From Escherichia phage muut, in sequence record NC_052657.1: 64,000 bases of DNA, one strand, 5' to 3'. The notes beneath the pieces were generated by a model. That model did no database searches. It was not told the origin of the DNA and saw nothing but the letters and a program-made list of their open reading frames with translations. Positions 8,412 through 17,547 of the stretch are shown one piece after another. Numbering within the stretch: position 1 is the stretch's first letter; each line of letters begins with the position of its first letter. Both the position numbers and the translations under genes were made by a program.

Positions 8412-8846
8412 ATGTCTATTGTGACACAAATGAAAGCAGATCGTATCTTAGCACGTACAACCGATAAGGGTGCTTTTGCTTTGTTAACTAATATTATTGG
8501 TGAGTTTGACCTTGCTCGTACTCAAAAGGCAAATCTAAATAAATCAGAAGATGATATTATGATTAACATTGTTAAGATTGGTATTGCACACGCTAAAGAG
8601 GAACTAGACTCGCTTAAGAAAGTTAATGCCTCCATTAGCAAATGTGAGCGAGCTATGCGTGATATCACCATTCTGGAAAAATATTTGCCAGAAATGCTAT
8701 CTGAAGATGATCTTCGAGCTATTGCTGAAGAATTTGCCTTGACAGGCAAGAAAATGCCAGATATGATGAAACACCTTAAAGCAGAGTATCCGAATCAATA
8801 TGATGGAAAACTTGCTTCTACCATTGCAAAAGAAATTTTAAACTAA
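8412..8846 (+). CDS. GatB/YqeY domain protein
   Basis: 144 aa; ILEKYLPEMLSEDDLRAIAEEFALTGKKMPDMMKHLKAEYPNQYDGKLASTIAKEIL matches the YqeY pattern. Confidence 0.6.
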   Translation: MSIVTQMKADRILARTTDKGAFALLTNIIGEFDLARTQKANLNKSEDDIMINIVKIGIAHAKEELDSLKKVNASISKCERAMRDITILEKYLPEMLSEDDLRAIAEEFALTGKKMPDMMKHLKAEYPNQYDGKLASTIAKEILN

Positions 8847-8863
8847 TTTAGAAGGAGAACATA

Positions 8864-9814
8864 ATGATTGCATTTTACGCTAATAAACTGGAAGTTAAAA
8901 AAGCAGCAGAAGAGATGGGTATCCTGCATATTCTTAACGAAGCAATTCACAAGAGTTTTGGTTACACAACTGAAGCAGAAATCAATGATCTGATTCACAG
9001 TGTTAATGATTTGTTCTTCTACCCTAACTTTCTACAGCAGTTAGATGGTTGTGGATTTGAATATATGGAGCTTCATCCTGAATATACATTTATGGAAGTA
9101 ACACCTGAAGGTTTTCTGGAGATTATTCGTACTGAATATCTTGCTAAAGAGGATAAAGAAAAAGATATGGCTGAAAAAGTACAACTGACTGTGCATAATA
9201 CGTGTTTCCTGGATACTGAGGCCACGGAAGAAAATATTAATTATCTGCTTTCCGTTTGTAATCCTCGTTGTCCACAACCACATTGGAAAAATGCAGATCA
9301 TTATCTAATGTATTCAACTGAAGAAAACATTACTTTCTTCGATGAAAACAGTGGTATTAATGGTGCACATAAGAATTCTCCATATAGGAAAGATCGGTTT
9401 GTAGTTGATGTAAAAACATTTACTAAACTGTTTGAGGAGTATTATTCAAAAAATGAAAGTAAGACTGAATCTTCACCAAAACCACGTTTTCGCCGACCGC
9501 GTAAACCTGTGCCTACTCGTTCTGTAAGTTATGTTCGTATCATTTACACTACGCAGCAGGTATATACTCTTAAGAACGTAAGCACTCTTACTGTACAAGA
9601 AGATGTAATTAATATTGTGCGTAATAATGTTATTACAGAGGGTATTGAGGAAAAGATTATGTCTGTTATCGATCCTAAACTTGTTATGGCAATCATTATT
9701 AATGAACCAAAAGGTGTAACAACATTGTTCCGAAATATTCATGGTACTTGGGAAACTCAAGTTGACGGTTTGACTTCTGACGGTTGTACACGTATTACCA
9801 AAAACCTTGACTAA
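8864..9814 (+). CDS. hypothetical protein
   Basis: 316 aa ORF, AGGAGA RBS. Confidence 0.55.
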   Translation: MIAFYANKLEVKKAAEEMGILHILNEAIHKSFGYTTEAEINDLIHSVNDLFFYPNFLQQLDGCGFEYMELHPEYTFMEVTPEGFLEIIRTEYLAKEDKEKDMAEKVQLTVHNTCFLDTEATEENINYLLSVCNPRCPQPHWKNADHYLMYSTEENITFFDENSGINGAHKNSPYRKDRFVVDVKTFTKLFEEYYSKNESKTESSPKPRFRRPRKPVPTRSVSYVRIIYTTQQVYTLKNVSTLTVQEDVINIVRNNVITEGIEEKIMSVIDPKLVMAIIINEPKGVTTLFRNIHGTWETQVDGLTSDGCTRITKNLD

Positions 9815-9862
9815 GATCAAGGACAATCTTACGAAAAAGATTTAAAATAAAGATCCACCCTA

Positions 9863-9890
9863 AAGCCAGCTTAATGCTGGCTTTTATTTT
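9863..9890 (+). terminator. rho-independent terminator
   Basis: AAGCCAGC-TTAAT-GCTGGCTT then TTATTTT. Confidence 0.6.
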
Positions 9891-9903
9891 CCACGGAGGA
9901 TTA

Positions 9904-11703
9904 ATGACCCAAAAACTATATGAGGATGTAATCGGATTCCTCGAACAAACATCCGAAGAATTTACTCGTGAAAATGCAAACAAACCTGCAATGATTGTTA
10001 ATACTCACCGAGACTTACTAGCAGGTATCCTAAGCAAGCACATGGCAATGACCCATATTTTACCGGAAGATCTAGCAGAATGGCATAAAAGTGGGTATGG
10101 TCACATTCACGATTTAGATTATTTACTCTCACCTCTAACTAATTGTTGCCTGGTAAATTACCAAGATATGCTTGAGAACGGTTTCCGTATTGGTAATGCA
10201 CATATTGAAAAACCAAAATCTATTGGCGTAGCAACTACTGTCCTAACTCAAATTATTCAAGCAGTAGCTTCTAGCCAATATGGTGGACAAACTTGTGCAC
10301 ATATTGATACTGGGCTTAGTCAATACGTTAAAGCAAGTTTTAACAAAATATATGCCGATGTTGGCGATTATGATATTGCTATGCGTATGGTAGATAAACA
10401 GGTTTACGATGCAATGCAAACTTTAATCTACCAGGTGAACACCCTAATGAGTGTAAATGGTCAGTCACCTTTTATAACAATTAGTTTAGGTTTGGATACC
10501 TCTGCTTTTGGTAGAATGATCACTAAAAACTACCTAATGGTGCACAAACAAGGATTAGGAAAAGATAGGGTAACTCCTGTGTTTCCTAAAGTTATCTTCT
10601 TCTTGGAAGATGGTGTTAACATGAAAGCTGGCGATCCAAACTATGATTTGAAGCAACTGGCAATGGAGTGTTGTGCTGAACGCATTTATCCTGATTTTAT
10701 CTCTGTACCTTTAAACAAAGAAGTTACAGGATCTTCAGATGGTCGCGTCACAAGCATGGGTTGCCGTAGTTTCTTGTCATACTATGCAACAGAGCAAGGT
10801 GAAAAATATGATGGTCGTTTCAATTTAGGCGTAGTTTCTTTAAACTTACCTATCATTGCAGCAGAGTCCCGTGAAAAGGGCATCTTATTTACTGAACTGT
10901 TGGAACAACATATGGAGATGGCGTATAAGGCACATATGCTACGTGTTAACCGTATTAGACATACCAAAGCATCTCAAAACCCTACATTGTTTATGGAAGG
11001 GGCTTTAGCTCGACTAGAAGCTAATGAAGAGATTGGTAAACTATTCGAAGGTGGTTATGCCTCTATTAGTATCGGTTATGTAGGTTTAGCAGAAGCTATG
11101 GAGATTTTATACCCAGGTAACACCAATCCAAAAGCAATGGGTAAAAACATCCTTCAATATATGAAGGATATCTGTGGCACATTTAAAGAACGTTCTGGTT
11201 TAGCTTTTAGTTTGTATGGAACACCAGCAGAATCCTTGTGCTATAAATTTGCCAAAGCATTAAATGATCGCTATCCTGGTTCTATTGATCGTGACTACTT
11301 GACAAACTCTTTCCATCAACCTGTGTGGATGCACACTACCCCGTTCCAAAAGTGGGATTATGAGGAAGGTTTTGCACAAATCAGTAATGGTGGGAACATA
11401 GGTTATGTAGAAACACCAAACCTTAAAAATAACTTGCAAGCACTGGAAACTCTTGTAGATTATGCCTACAACAAAATTCCTTATTTTGGCGTGAACCAAC
11501 CTGTAGATCAGTGTTTCAAATGTGGTTTTCATGGTGAATTTAAGGCAACAGCTAAAGGCTTCGAGTGTCCAAGTTGTGGCAATCATGAGGAAGAATCTAT
11601 ATCTGTAATCAGAAGAGTGTCAGGATATCTTTCTGCCCCTAACTCTCGCCCTTATAATAAAGGTAAAATGCAAGAGGTATTAGAAAGGGAGAAACATTTT
11701 TGA
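9904..11703 (+). CDS. nrdD: anaerobic ribonucleoside-triphosphate reductase
   Basis: About 600 aa; C-terminal glycyl-radical motif RVSGYL and CxxC zinc ribbon (CFKCG...CPSCG); ATG 9904 with GGAGGA RBS. Confidence 0.85.
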   Translation: MTQKLYEDVIGFLEQTSEEFTRENANKPAMIVNTHRDLLAGILSKHMAMTHILPEDLAEWHKSGYGHIHDLDYLLSPLTNCCLVNYQDMLENGFRIGNAHIEKPKSIGVATTVLTQIIQAVASSQYGGQTCAHIDTGLSQYVKASFNKIYADVGDYDIAMRMVDKQVYDAMQTLIYQVNTLMSVNGQSPFITISLGLDTSAFGRMITKNYLMVHKQGLGKDRVTPVFPKVIFFLEDGVNMKAGDPNYDLKQLAMECCAERIYPDFISVPLNKEVTGSSDGRVTSMGCRSFLSYYATEQGEKYDGRFNLGVVSLNLPIIAAESREKGILFTELLEQHMEMAYKAHMLRVNRIRHTKASQNPTLFMEGALARLEANEEIGKLFEGGYASISIGYVGLAEAMEILYPGNTNPKAMGKNILQYMKDICGTFKERSGLAFSLYGTPAESLCYKFAKALNDRYPGSIDRDYLTNSFHQPVWMHTTPFQKWDYEEGFAQISNGGNIGYVETPNLKNNLQALETLVDYAYNKIPYFGVNQPVDQCFKCGFHGEFKATAKGFECPSCGNHEEESISVIRRVSGYLSAPNSRPYNKGKMQEVLEREKHF

Positions 11704-12170
11704 ATTACGCCGGATATGAACCTGTTGACATGCTCAACGGTGACGGTGTAAGATGCTCTTTGTGGGTGAGCGGTTGTAGCCACGGTTGCCGTGGCTGCTT
11801 TAACCAGAAAGCCTGGTCGTATAACTACGGACAAGAGTTCACTACTGAAACATTAGATCTTATCTTGAAAGATTTATCTCGACCTTTCATTAAAGGATTA
11901 ACAGTTTTAGGTGGTGAACCTCTTGACAAAGAGAACATTGACACTGTAGCGTATGTTCTTGAGAAGGTAAGAGATTGTTTTGGAAACAAAAAAGATATTG
12001 TCTTATACACAGGATATCTTTTTGAAGAAATTCCAGAGAAAATTAAAAAACTGGTTGACATAGTGATAGATGGTAAGTATGATATGAATCAACCAACAAC
12101 GAAACGTTATAGAGGCTCAGATAATCAACGAATGTGGGTTAAGAAAGACAACATTTGGGAATCTGACTAA
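11700..12170 (+). CDS. nrdG: anaerobic RNR activating protein (radical SAM)
   Basis: CSHGCRGC 4Fe-4S motif, 156 aa, start overlaps nrdD stop. Confidence 0.85.
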   Translation: MNYAGYEPVDMLNGDGVRCSLWVSGCSHGCRGCFNQKAWSYNYGQEFTTETLDLILKDLSRPFIKGLTVLGGEPLDKENIDTVAYVLEKVRDCFGNKKDIVLYTGYLFEEIPEKIKKLVDIVIDGKYDMNQPTTKRYRGSDNQRMWVKKDNIWESD

Positions 12171-12190
12171 ATTAAATAGAGGAGAAAACT

Positions 12191-13351
12191 ATGTTTACAG
12201 TATTCGGCAATCAAATCTTCCTGCGTCAGAAATCTGGTACAGATATTGAAGAAATTCCAGCAGGAACTTTTGGTGTAGGTGTTACTCAAAGTGGTGAGTT
12301 CTTCCTGTATCCTAAAAACGATATGGAAGTGCCTTCAGTAACATACGGTGATACTGATGATAAATCAGAACGTATTATCAAAACGTTCCTTAGCCGCAAA
12401 GGTAAAAACACAGGTGTTCTCCTTGAGGGTACGAAAGGTAGCGGTAAAACTTTGCAAGCTAAAATGCTGTCTTCTGCTCTTCGTGAAATGGGTATTCCTA
12501 CTATTTCTATCGGCAGTGCTTTTAATGGCGAAGGTTTTATCAATTTTATGTCTAAAATCACACAACCTGTGATGATTATGATCGATGAATTTGATAAACT
12601 GTATGCTGAAAAAGATGCACAAGATGGTTTGCTTACCCTGTTGGATGGTGTTGGTGGCTACGACAAACTGTTTGTATTGACTAAAAATGATGGTTATGTA
12701 TCAGAATTTTTGCGTAATCGTCCTAGCCGTATTTTCTACAGTTTTAGCTATAAGAAACTACCTAAAGCTACTATGGATGATTATCTGGCTAAAAATCTGG
12801 AGAACAAAGCCTTCTTACCAGATTTTGAAACGCTTTATAATCTCTCCGTGGATTTGAACTTTGATATTGTTCAGTCATTAGTAGAAGAACTTAACCGTTA
12901 CCCTAATGACAAATTCTCTGATGCACTTGCATTGATGGGTATCAGTATTACTGAACACCGCTATGCTGCAAAAGAGGTTAAACTTCTGAAAGTTAACGGT
13001 GTAGATCGTACAGGAGATGTTTCGTCAGATACCGATATTGACGGTATGACAGCACAAGGTTTGTTTAGCGGTAATCGTTATGTTGTAGCTGTAGACCATA
13101 AACTAGGTGAAGAGCATCTTCCTGAAATGGAAGGGATTGTTACCGTAGAAGATAAAGATGAAGAAGGTGACTACTACTGGGGTGTAGACCGTATCTTGCT
13201 AACGTATGATGAAAAACACATTCGTACAATGGGTGGTGACGGTTATCACTTTATGTTCACCGATGATAAAGGTAACAACATTGAAGTTGTTATTAAAAAC
13301 AAAGAACGTAAAAACTACACAGAGTATGTGTTTGGTGGTCGTTCTTACTAA
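12191..13351 (+). CDS. AAA+ family ATPase
   Basis: Walker A GTKGSGKT, Walker B IMIDEFD; 386 aa. Confidence 0.6.
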   Translation: MFTVFGNQIFLRQKSGTDIEEIPAGTFGVGVTQSGEFFLYPKNDMEVPSVTYGDTDDKSERIIKTFLSRKGKNTGVLLEGTKGSGKTLQAKMLSSALREMGIPTISIGSAFNGEGFINFMSKITQPVMIMIDEFDKLYAEKDAQDGLLTLLDGVGGYDKLFVLTKNDGYVSEFLRNRPSRIFYSFSYKKLPKATMDDYLAKNLENKAFLPDFETLYNLSVDLNFDIVQSLVEELNRYPNDKFSDALALMGISITEHRYAAKEVKLLKVNGVDRTGDVSSDTDIDGMTAQGLFSGNRYVVAVDHKLGEEHLPEMEGIVTVEDKDEEGDYYWGVDRILLTYDEKHIRTMGGDGYHFMFTDDKGNNIEVVIKNKERKNYTEYVFGGRSY

Positions 13352-13358
13352 GTGATAA

Positions 13359-13384
13359 AAGGAGGCGAAAGCCTCCTTTATTTA
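13359..13384 (+). terminator. rho-independent terminator (GAAA tetraloop)
   Basis: GGAGGC-GAAA-GCCTCC then TTTATTT. Confidence 0.6.
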
Positions 13385-13385
13385 T

Positions 13386-13589
13386 ATGGAGGGTATTATG
13401 GATCATTATTTTGTTTTTAAAGATAAAGTTGATACCGCAGGTGGTCACGTTGCTAAAAATGATCGTGACATTAAAGAAGTATTAGGAGATCTGATTAACA
13501 TTTTAGAACAAAAAGAGTTGCTTTTAGATAAGGATATTGCTAGACTTCTGGGTGTGGGGATAAGTGACATACAAAGATTACCATTCTAA
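13386..13589 (+). CDS. small hypothetical protein
   Basis: 67 aa ORF; alternative ATG at 13398. Confidence 0.4.
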   Translation: MEGIMDHYFVFKDKVDTAGGHVAKNDRDIKEVLGDLINILEQKELLLDKDIARLLGVGISDIQRLPF

Positions 13590-13600
13590 AGGGGAAGAAA

Positions 13601-13756
13601 ATGCTTACAGATGATGAATATAAAGCTATCCAGGAAAAACTAACGGAGCTTGAAATTCTTGCTGTCAATATTAAAGATCAATCACATGCTGGAAAGTTAC
13701 TACAGCAAGAGATCAATAAAATTAAGCAGATGATATTCTTTTGGACGGAGGATTAA
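13601..13756 (+). CDS. small coiled-coil protein (51 aa, not in ORF track)
   Basis: ATG 13601 after GGGGAAG RBS; MLTDDEYKAIQEKLTELEILAVNIKDQSHAGKLLQQEINKIKQMIFFWTED. Confidence 0.4.
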   Translation: MLTDDEYKAIQEKLTELEILAVNIKDQSHAGKLLQQEINKIKQMIFFWTED

Positions 13757-13758
13757 AA

Positions 13759-14415
13759 ATGACTGTTAAGCATATTTCTTTTGATGTATGGAATACTCTT
13801 ATTACTGCTAATCCTTTGTATGCAGAAGAACGCAACAAGGTTATTGCCGAGTATGCCTCTTGTTCTGAGGTAGAAGCAGCTACCGTATATAAAGAGGTAA
13901 AAACTCTCCTGGATTTAAAAGCAGAAAAAGGTATTTGTGGAACATCTAGGCATGCTTGGGAAACACTTTCTGCTCATTTGAACATTGATCTTGATAAGGT
14001 GGATGGGTTAAAAAGAGACTGTTTAGCAATGTTTATAAAACATCCTCCAACATTAAACCCTGAACTTTGCAAGAAGTTGGAAGAGCTAAGTTCAACCTAT
14101 TCTTTGAGTATTAAAAGCAATACTAATTTTGTACCTGGTAGTTTTTTAGCTGTATATTCTGGCTTGACAAAATTACCATTCGACTTTATGCATTTTTCTG
14201 ACGAGTTTTGCTTGTGTAAACCAGATCCTAGGTTTTTTAAACTCTCTTTTGATGAAATGGTAACGTTTGATCTCGCACCAGAGGAGATCTTACACGTTGG
14301 AGATAGTTTGATCTATGATGGAAAAGCTGTTGACATAGGGATGAAGTTCTGTCATATTATTAATCCAGAAGACTTGTTGGCTAAACTTAAAAAAGAGGAA
14401 CTTATTAATGCGTAA
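13759..14415 (+). CDS. HAD-like hydrolase (variant motif I)
   Basis: ISFDVWNTLI (motif I with W in place of the second Asp), HVGDSLIYDGKA (motif IV); ATG 13759 with GGAGGA RBS; 3' end overlaps next gene. Confidence 0.45.
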   Translation: MTVKHISFDVWNTLITANPLYAEERNKVIAEYASCSEVEAATVYKEVKTLLDLKAEKGICGTSRHAWETLSAHLNIDLDKVDGLKRDCLAMFIKHPPTLNPELCKKLEELSSTYSLSIKSNTNFVPGSFLAVYSGLTKLPFDFMHFSDEFCLCKPDPRFFKLSFDEMVTFDLAPEEILHVGDSLIYDGKAVDIGMKFCHIINPEDLLAKLKKEELINA

Positions 14416-15265
14416 TCAAATTCAACATTTTGCTAATACTTTTACTAACCTGAAGGAAGCAAAATTTAACATTGCAGATTATTCCAAGCTAAAGTTTGGT
14501 AGTAACCAGGCAGCAAAAAGAATGGGGCGCATTCTGGCTGAAAGTTTCTTTTCCAAGTATGAAGAACGACTGGTAAATGAAAGTTTTGTTGTTATTCCAT
14601 CTCCATATAACTATGTGAAAAATGCAGCTACAGTGTTATCTGAACATTTTGTAGATCACCTCAACTACCTAATCTCTATCAAAGGAGGTAAAGCAGTGGA
14701 GTGGGATATCGTTCATCGTAAAGTGAGCTATATCAATGATTATGGATTTCTTAGCAAAGAAGATCGTAAGGCTTTGATCGATGGTGACACTTTCTCTATC
14801 AATCGTGATTTCTGGGGTAATAAAACTCTGATTTTCATTGATGATGTTAATATTACAGGAACGCACGAAGAAAAACTTATTGAAATTTTAGACAAAGAAG
14901 GTGTTGAAAACGATACGTTTTTCCTGTACTTTGCAAAGTATGAAGGTACAGAAGCCAATACCGAAGCTGCACTTAACTTCAACTATATCAATAACCTGGC
15001 AGCTTTTATTAAAATGATTAAACAAGAAACTGATGCTAAATGTTTGGTTCGTCCTATTAAGTATCTAATGAGTCAAAGCGAAGTTGATTTTAAAATTGCA
15101 CTTTCACAGCTTCCTTTGTATTATGTAGAACAACTGTTCTTTGGTTGCCTTGCAGAAGGCTACAATAACATTGAAAAATATAAAGAGAACTTTGATTTCC
15201 TACGTCAATTTTTTGAAAGCAACATTATCAACAAATCTAATGTTAAAGGGGATTATTATGTCTAA
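14408..15265 (+). CDS. phosphoribosyltransferase-like protein
   Basis: LIFIDDVNITGTH matches the type I PRTase PRPP-binding loop; overlaps both neighbours. Confidence 0.5.
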   Translation: MRNQIQHFANTFTNLKEAKFNIADYSKLKFGSNQAAKRMGRILAESFFSKYEERLVNESFVVIPSPYNYVKNAATVLSEHFVDHLNYLISIKGGKAVEWDIVHRKVSYINDYGFLSKEDRKALIDGDTFSINRDFWGNKTLIFIDDVNITGTHEEKLIEILDKEGVENDTFFLYFAKYEGTEANTEAALNFNYINNLAAFIKMIKQETDAKCLVRPIKYLMSQSEVDFKIALSQLPLYYVEQLFFGCLAEGYNNIEKYKENFDFLRQFFESNIINKSNVKGDYYV

Positions 15266-15974
15266 TAAAGTAATGACTTTCGGAGATCCTATCACCAATA
15301 TTACAGAAAAAGATTTTGGGCGTGTAGCAACAGATAAAGATGGTGTCTTAAGAATTCGTGTACAAGGTATTACAGCACAGGATGAATATGCTGTGTATGT
15401 TTCAGGTCTTAACTATATTGATGATCGCATTACACAAAACTTTGCACTGATCGGTGGTGTAGAGAAAATGTATTGGGAAGATGAAATTGTAACAAGTTAT
15501 CCGGCAGGTATCATTGAGGTATACGGTGATCTTTTAGCAGCAGCCGAGAGAGGCGATATAGACGCTATAGCACACTGCTGTAACTGTTTTTGCACTATGG
15601 GTAGTGGTATTGCACCAAAAATTAAAAGCAAGTGGCCTGGTGCGTTTAAAGCAGATTGTGCCACTAAACGTGGTGATTATAAAAAATTAGGTACGTTTAC
15701 CAAATATATAGAAAACAATTTGACAATTTATAATTTATATGGACAATATGGTTATAGTCGTCGTGAGGAAGGTAAGCGTGACCTGAATTATGAAGCTATC
15801 TACAATGCGTTAGATAGTATGGGAGACGATGTTGTATCTTCAGGCGGTAAAATTGTAGGTTTACCAATGCTTGGTTGTGGTTTGGCTGGAGGTTCTTGGA
15901 GTATTGTAAAACTTATGATCGAAGAAACTCTAGTAAACAAAGGTTTAAATGTAATTGTTTACAAACTGAAATAA
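15258..15974 (+). CDS. macro domain protein with an N-terminal extension of about 90 aa
   Basis: DAIAHCCNCFCTMGSGIAPKI and VGLPMLGCGLAGGS align with macro-domain blocks (DVIVNAAN..GGGGVDGAIH; FPAISTGVYG); ATG 15258 overlaps upstream stop. Confidence 0.5.
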   Translation: MSNKVMTFGDPITNITEKDFGRVATDKDGVLRIRVQGITAQDEYAVYVSGLNYIDDRITQNFALIGGVEKMYWEDEIVTSYPAGIIEVYGDLLAAAERGDIDAIAHCCNCFCTMGSGIAPKIKSKWPGAFKADCATKRGDYKKLGTFTKYIENNLTIYNLYGQYGYSRREEGKRDLNYEAIYNALDSMGDDVVSSGGKIVGLPMLGCGLAGGSWSIVKLMIEETLVNKGLNVIVYKLK

Positions 15975-15983
15975 GGAGAAAGT

Positions 15984-16190
15984 ATGGCAGGTGTTTTAGC
16001 AGTATTAGGTTGTTTTATTGTTGTGTTTTTGATTGTGTTAATCCCTAGTTGGCTACTGCTTTTAGCATACAACTATATGATTGACATTATCGGCTTAGAC
16101 TGGCATCATGTTCCTGTAACGTTTTGGAGTGTAGTCTGTGTGACGTTCATTCTTGCGGTACTTCGTGGTATCTTTCAATCTAACAAATAA
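15984..16190 (+). CDS. small membrane protein
   Basis: 68 aa, two hydrophobic helices. Confidence 0.5.
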   Translation: MAGVLAVLGCFIVVFLIVLIPSWLLLLAYNYMIDIIGLDWHHVPVTFWSVVCVTFILAVLRGIFQSNK

Positions 16191-16204
16191 GAGAGGATTT
16201 TTAT

Positions 16205-16453
16205 ATGCGTAAAGTAAATGTTGAAGTGCTTGAAAAATTTAGAAACACTCGTGATTGTACTATCGGCAAGGTTTACGAGGCTATTCTCCTTGAAGATGGA
16301 GATCAAGTTCCTGCCCCGTATCACGCCTTTAATGGTCAAATCAGCAAAGTGGAAGGTGGTCTTGCTATTTGCTTTATTGATGACGTAGGTGATGCTGTAG
16401 CTTTCCCTGTCATTAACAAAGAAGATAAACTTAAAATTACAGAACTGAACTAG
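16205..16453 (+). CDS. hypothetical protein
   Basis: 82 aa ORF. Confidence 0.45.
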   Translation: MRKVNVEVLEKFRNTRDCTIGKVYEAILLEDGDQVPAPYHAFNGQISKVEGGLAICFIDDVGDAVAFPVINKEDKLKITELN

Positions 16454-16483
16454 TTGACTTTCTTTAAAAACAGTTTATAGTAT
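16454..16483 (+). promoter_or_regulatory. promoter candidate (TTGACTTT -35, TAGTAT -10) upstream of terC-like gene
   Basis: TTGACT 16454-16459, 18 nt spacer, TAGTAT 16478-16483. Confidence 0.35.
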
Positions 16484-16493
16484 AAGACATAGA

Positions 16494-16512
16494 GCGGAGG
16501 ATTGTCCTCCGC
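16494..16512 (+). promoter_or_regulatory. 5' leader hairpin that includes an anti-SD-like CCUCC
   Basis: GCGGAGGA-TTG-TCCTCCGC, no U tract, 18 nt before ATG 16531. Confidence 0.3.
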
Positions 16513-16530
16513 ATTAAAGAGGAGAAAAGA

Positions 16531-17508
16531 ATGCAACTGGGTTTCCCAATTATTGATGTGGTTGTTTTAGTGGGTATTTTAGTCTTGTCGATTTGTATTG
16601 ACTTCTTTGGACACAGAGAAAACAAAGAAATTTCATTTAAATCTGCAATTGGCTGGTCAATTTTCTGGATTGGGGTATCATTAGCCTACTATGGTTTTGT
16701 ATACTTCCAACACGGTGCTGATTTTGCGAGCTTGTTCTTGAGTGGGTATGTGTTGGAGAAATCTCTTTCTGTAGATAACTTAGTAGTATTTGTAGCAGTA
16801 TTCGCAAGTTTTGGTATTAAAAGCACACACTTGCAGCACAAGATTCTACTTTGGGGTATTGCAGGTGCGATTGTCTTCCGAGGTGTGTTTGTAGCAGTAG
16901 GCACTTACTTGTTGAGTTTGGGCTGGTATGTTAATATCTTCTTCGGTGCTGTCATCCTTTTCTGTGCGGCTAAAATGGTATTCGCTGGAGATAATGATGC
17001 AGAAGTTGATTACTCTAAACACTGGGCTACTCGCATTGTTCGTAAGCTGTTCCCTGTATCTGATCAGATGGATGGTGAGAAGTTCTTCACAATCAAAAAT
17101 GGTGTTCGTGTAGCAACTCCGGCTCTGGTTTGTGTGTTTGTAATGGAAATGGTTGACGTAATCTTTGCAGTAGACTCTGTTCCAGCAGTAATTGCAGTGA
17201 CACAAGAACCTCTGCTTGTATTTTCTTCAATGCTGTGTGCAATTTTAGGTCTACGTGCTCTGTTCTTTGTACTTAGTGTTGCACTGAAATATTTGGTTCA
17301 TCTGGAGAAAGCAGTTATCGTAGTCCTGGTGTTTGTGGGTGTAAAACTGATGTATCATCCGTTTGCAGAAACTCTGCACGCAAAAGTGAGTTTCCTACCA
17401 GCACACATTGATCCGACGATCAGTATGTATATTGTGTTAGGTACTCTTGGGTTGGGTGTTATTGCAAGTTTAATCTTCCCTGAAAAAGAAGACCAGACTG
17501 TTGCTTAA
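16531..17508 (+). CDS. terC: TerC family integral membrane protein
   Basis: Multi-pass membrane protein with both TerC signature repeats: EKSLSVDNLVVFV and EMVDVIFAVDSVPAVIAVT. Confidence 0.8.
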   Translation: MQLGFPIIDVVVLVGILVLSICIDFFGHRENKEISFKSAIGWSIFWIGVSLAYYGFVYFQHGADFASLFLSGYVLEKSLSVDNLVVFVAVFASFGIKSTHLQHKILLWGIAGAIVFRGVFVAVGTYLLSLGWYVNIFFGAVILFCAAKMVFAGDNDAEVDYSKHWATRIVRKLFPVSDQMDGEKFFTIKNGVRVATPALVCVFVMEMVDVIFAVDSVPAVIAVTQEPLLVFSSMLCAILGLRALFFVLSVALKYLVHLEKAVIVVLVFVGVKLMYHPFAETLHAKVSFLPAHIDPTISMYIVLGTLGLGVIASLIFPEKEDQTVA

Positions 17509-17513
17509 TTCAT

Positions 17514-17536
17514 TAAGCCCCTTCGGGGGCTTTGTT
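17514..17536 (+). terminator. rho-independent terminator (UUCG tetraloop)
   Basis: AAGCCCC-TTCG-GGGGCTT then TGTT. Confidence 0.65.
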
Positions 17537-17547
17537 GAGGTGATCTG

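Noticed and set aside
9874-9903. Upstream start 9874 for nrdD
   Set aside because: It lies inside the terminator hairpin 9863-9890; ATG 9904 has a GGAGGA RBS and gives the expected N-terminus.
9904-11703. Intron or intein in nrdD, as in some T-even phages
   Set aside because: The ORF is continuous at the expected length with the glycyl-radical C-terminus intact; no insertion is seen.
13741-13758. TTG start at 13741 for the HAD-like gene (ORF-track start)
   Set aside because: ATG 13759 follows a GGAGGA RBS at ideal spacing and the upstream codons overlap the small 51 aa ORF.
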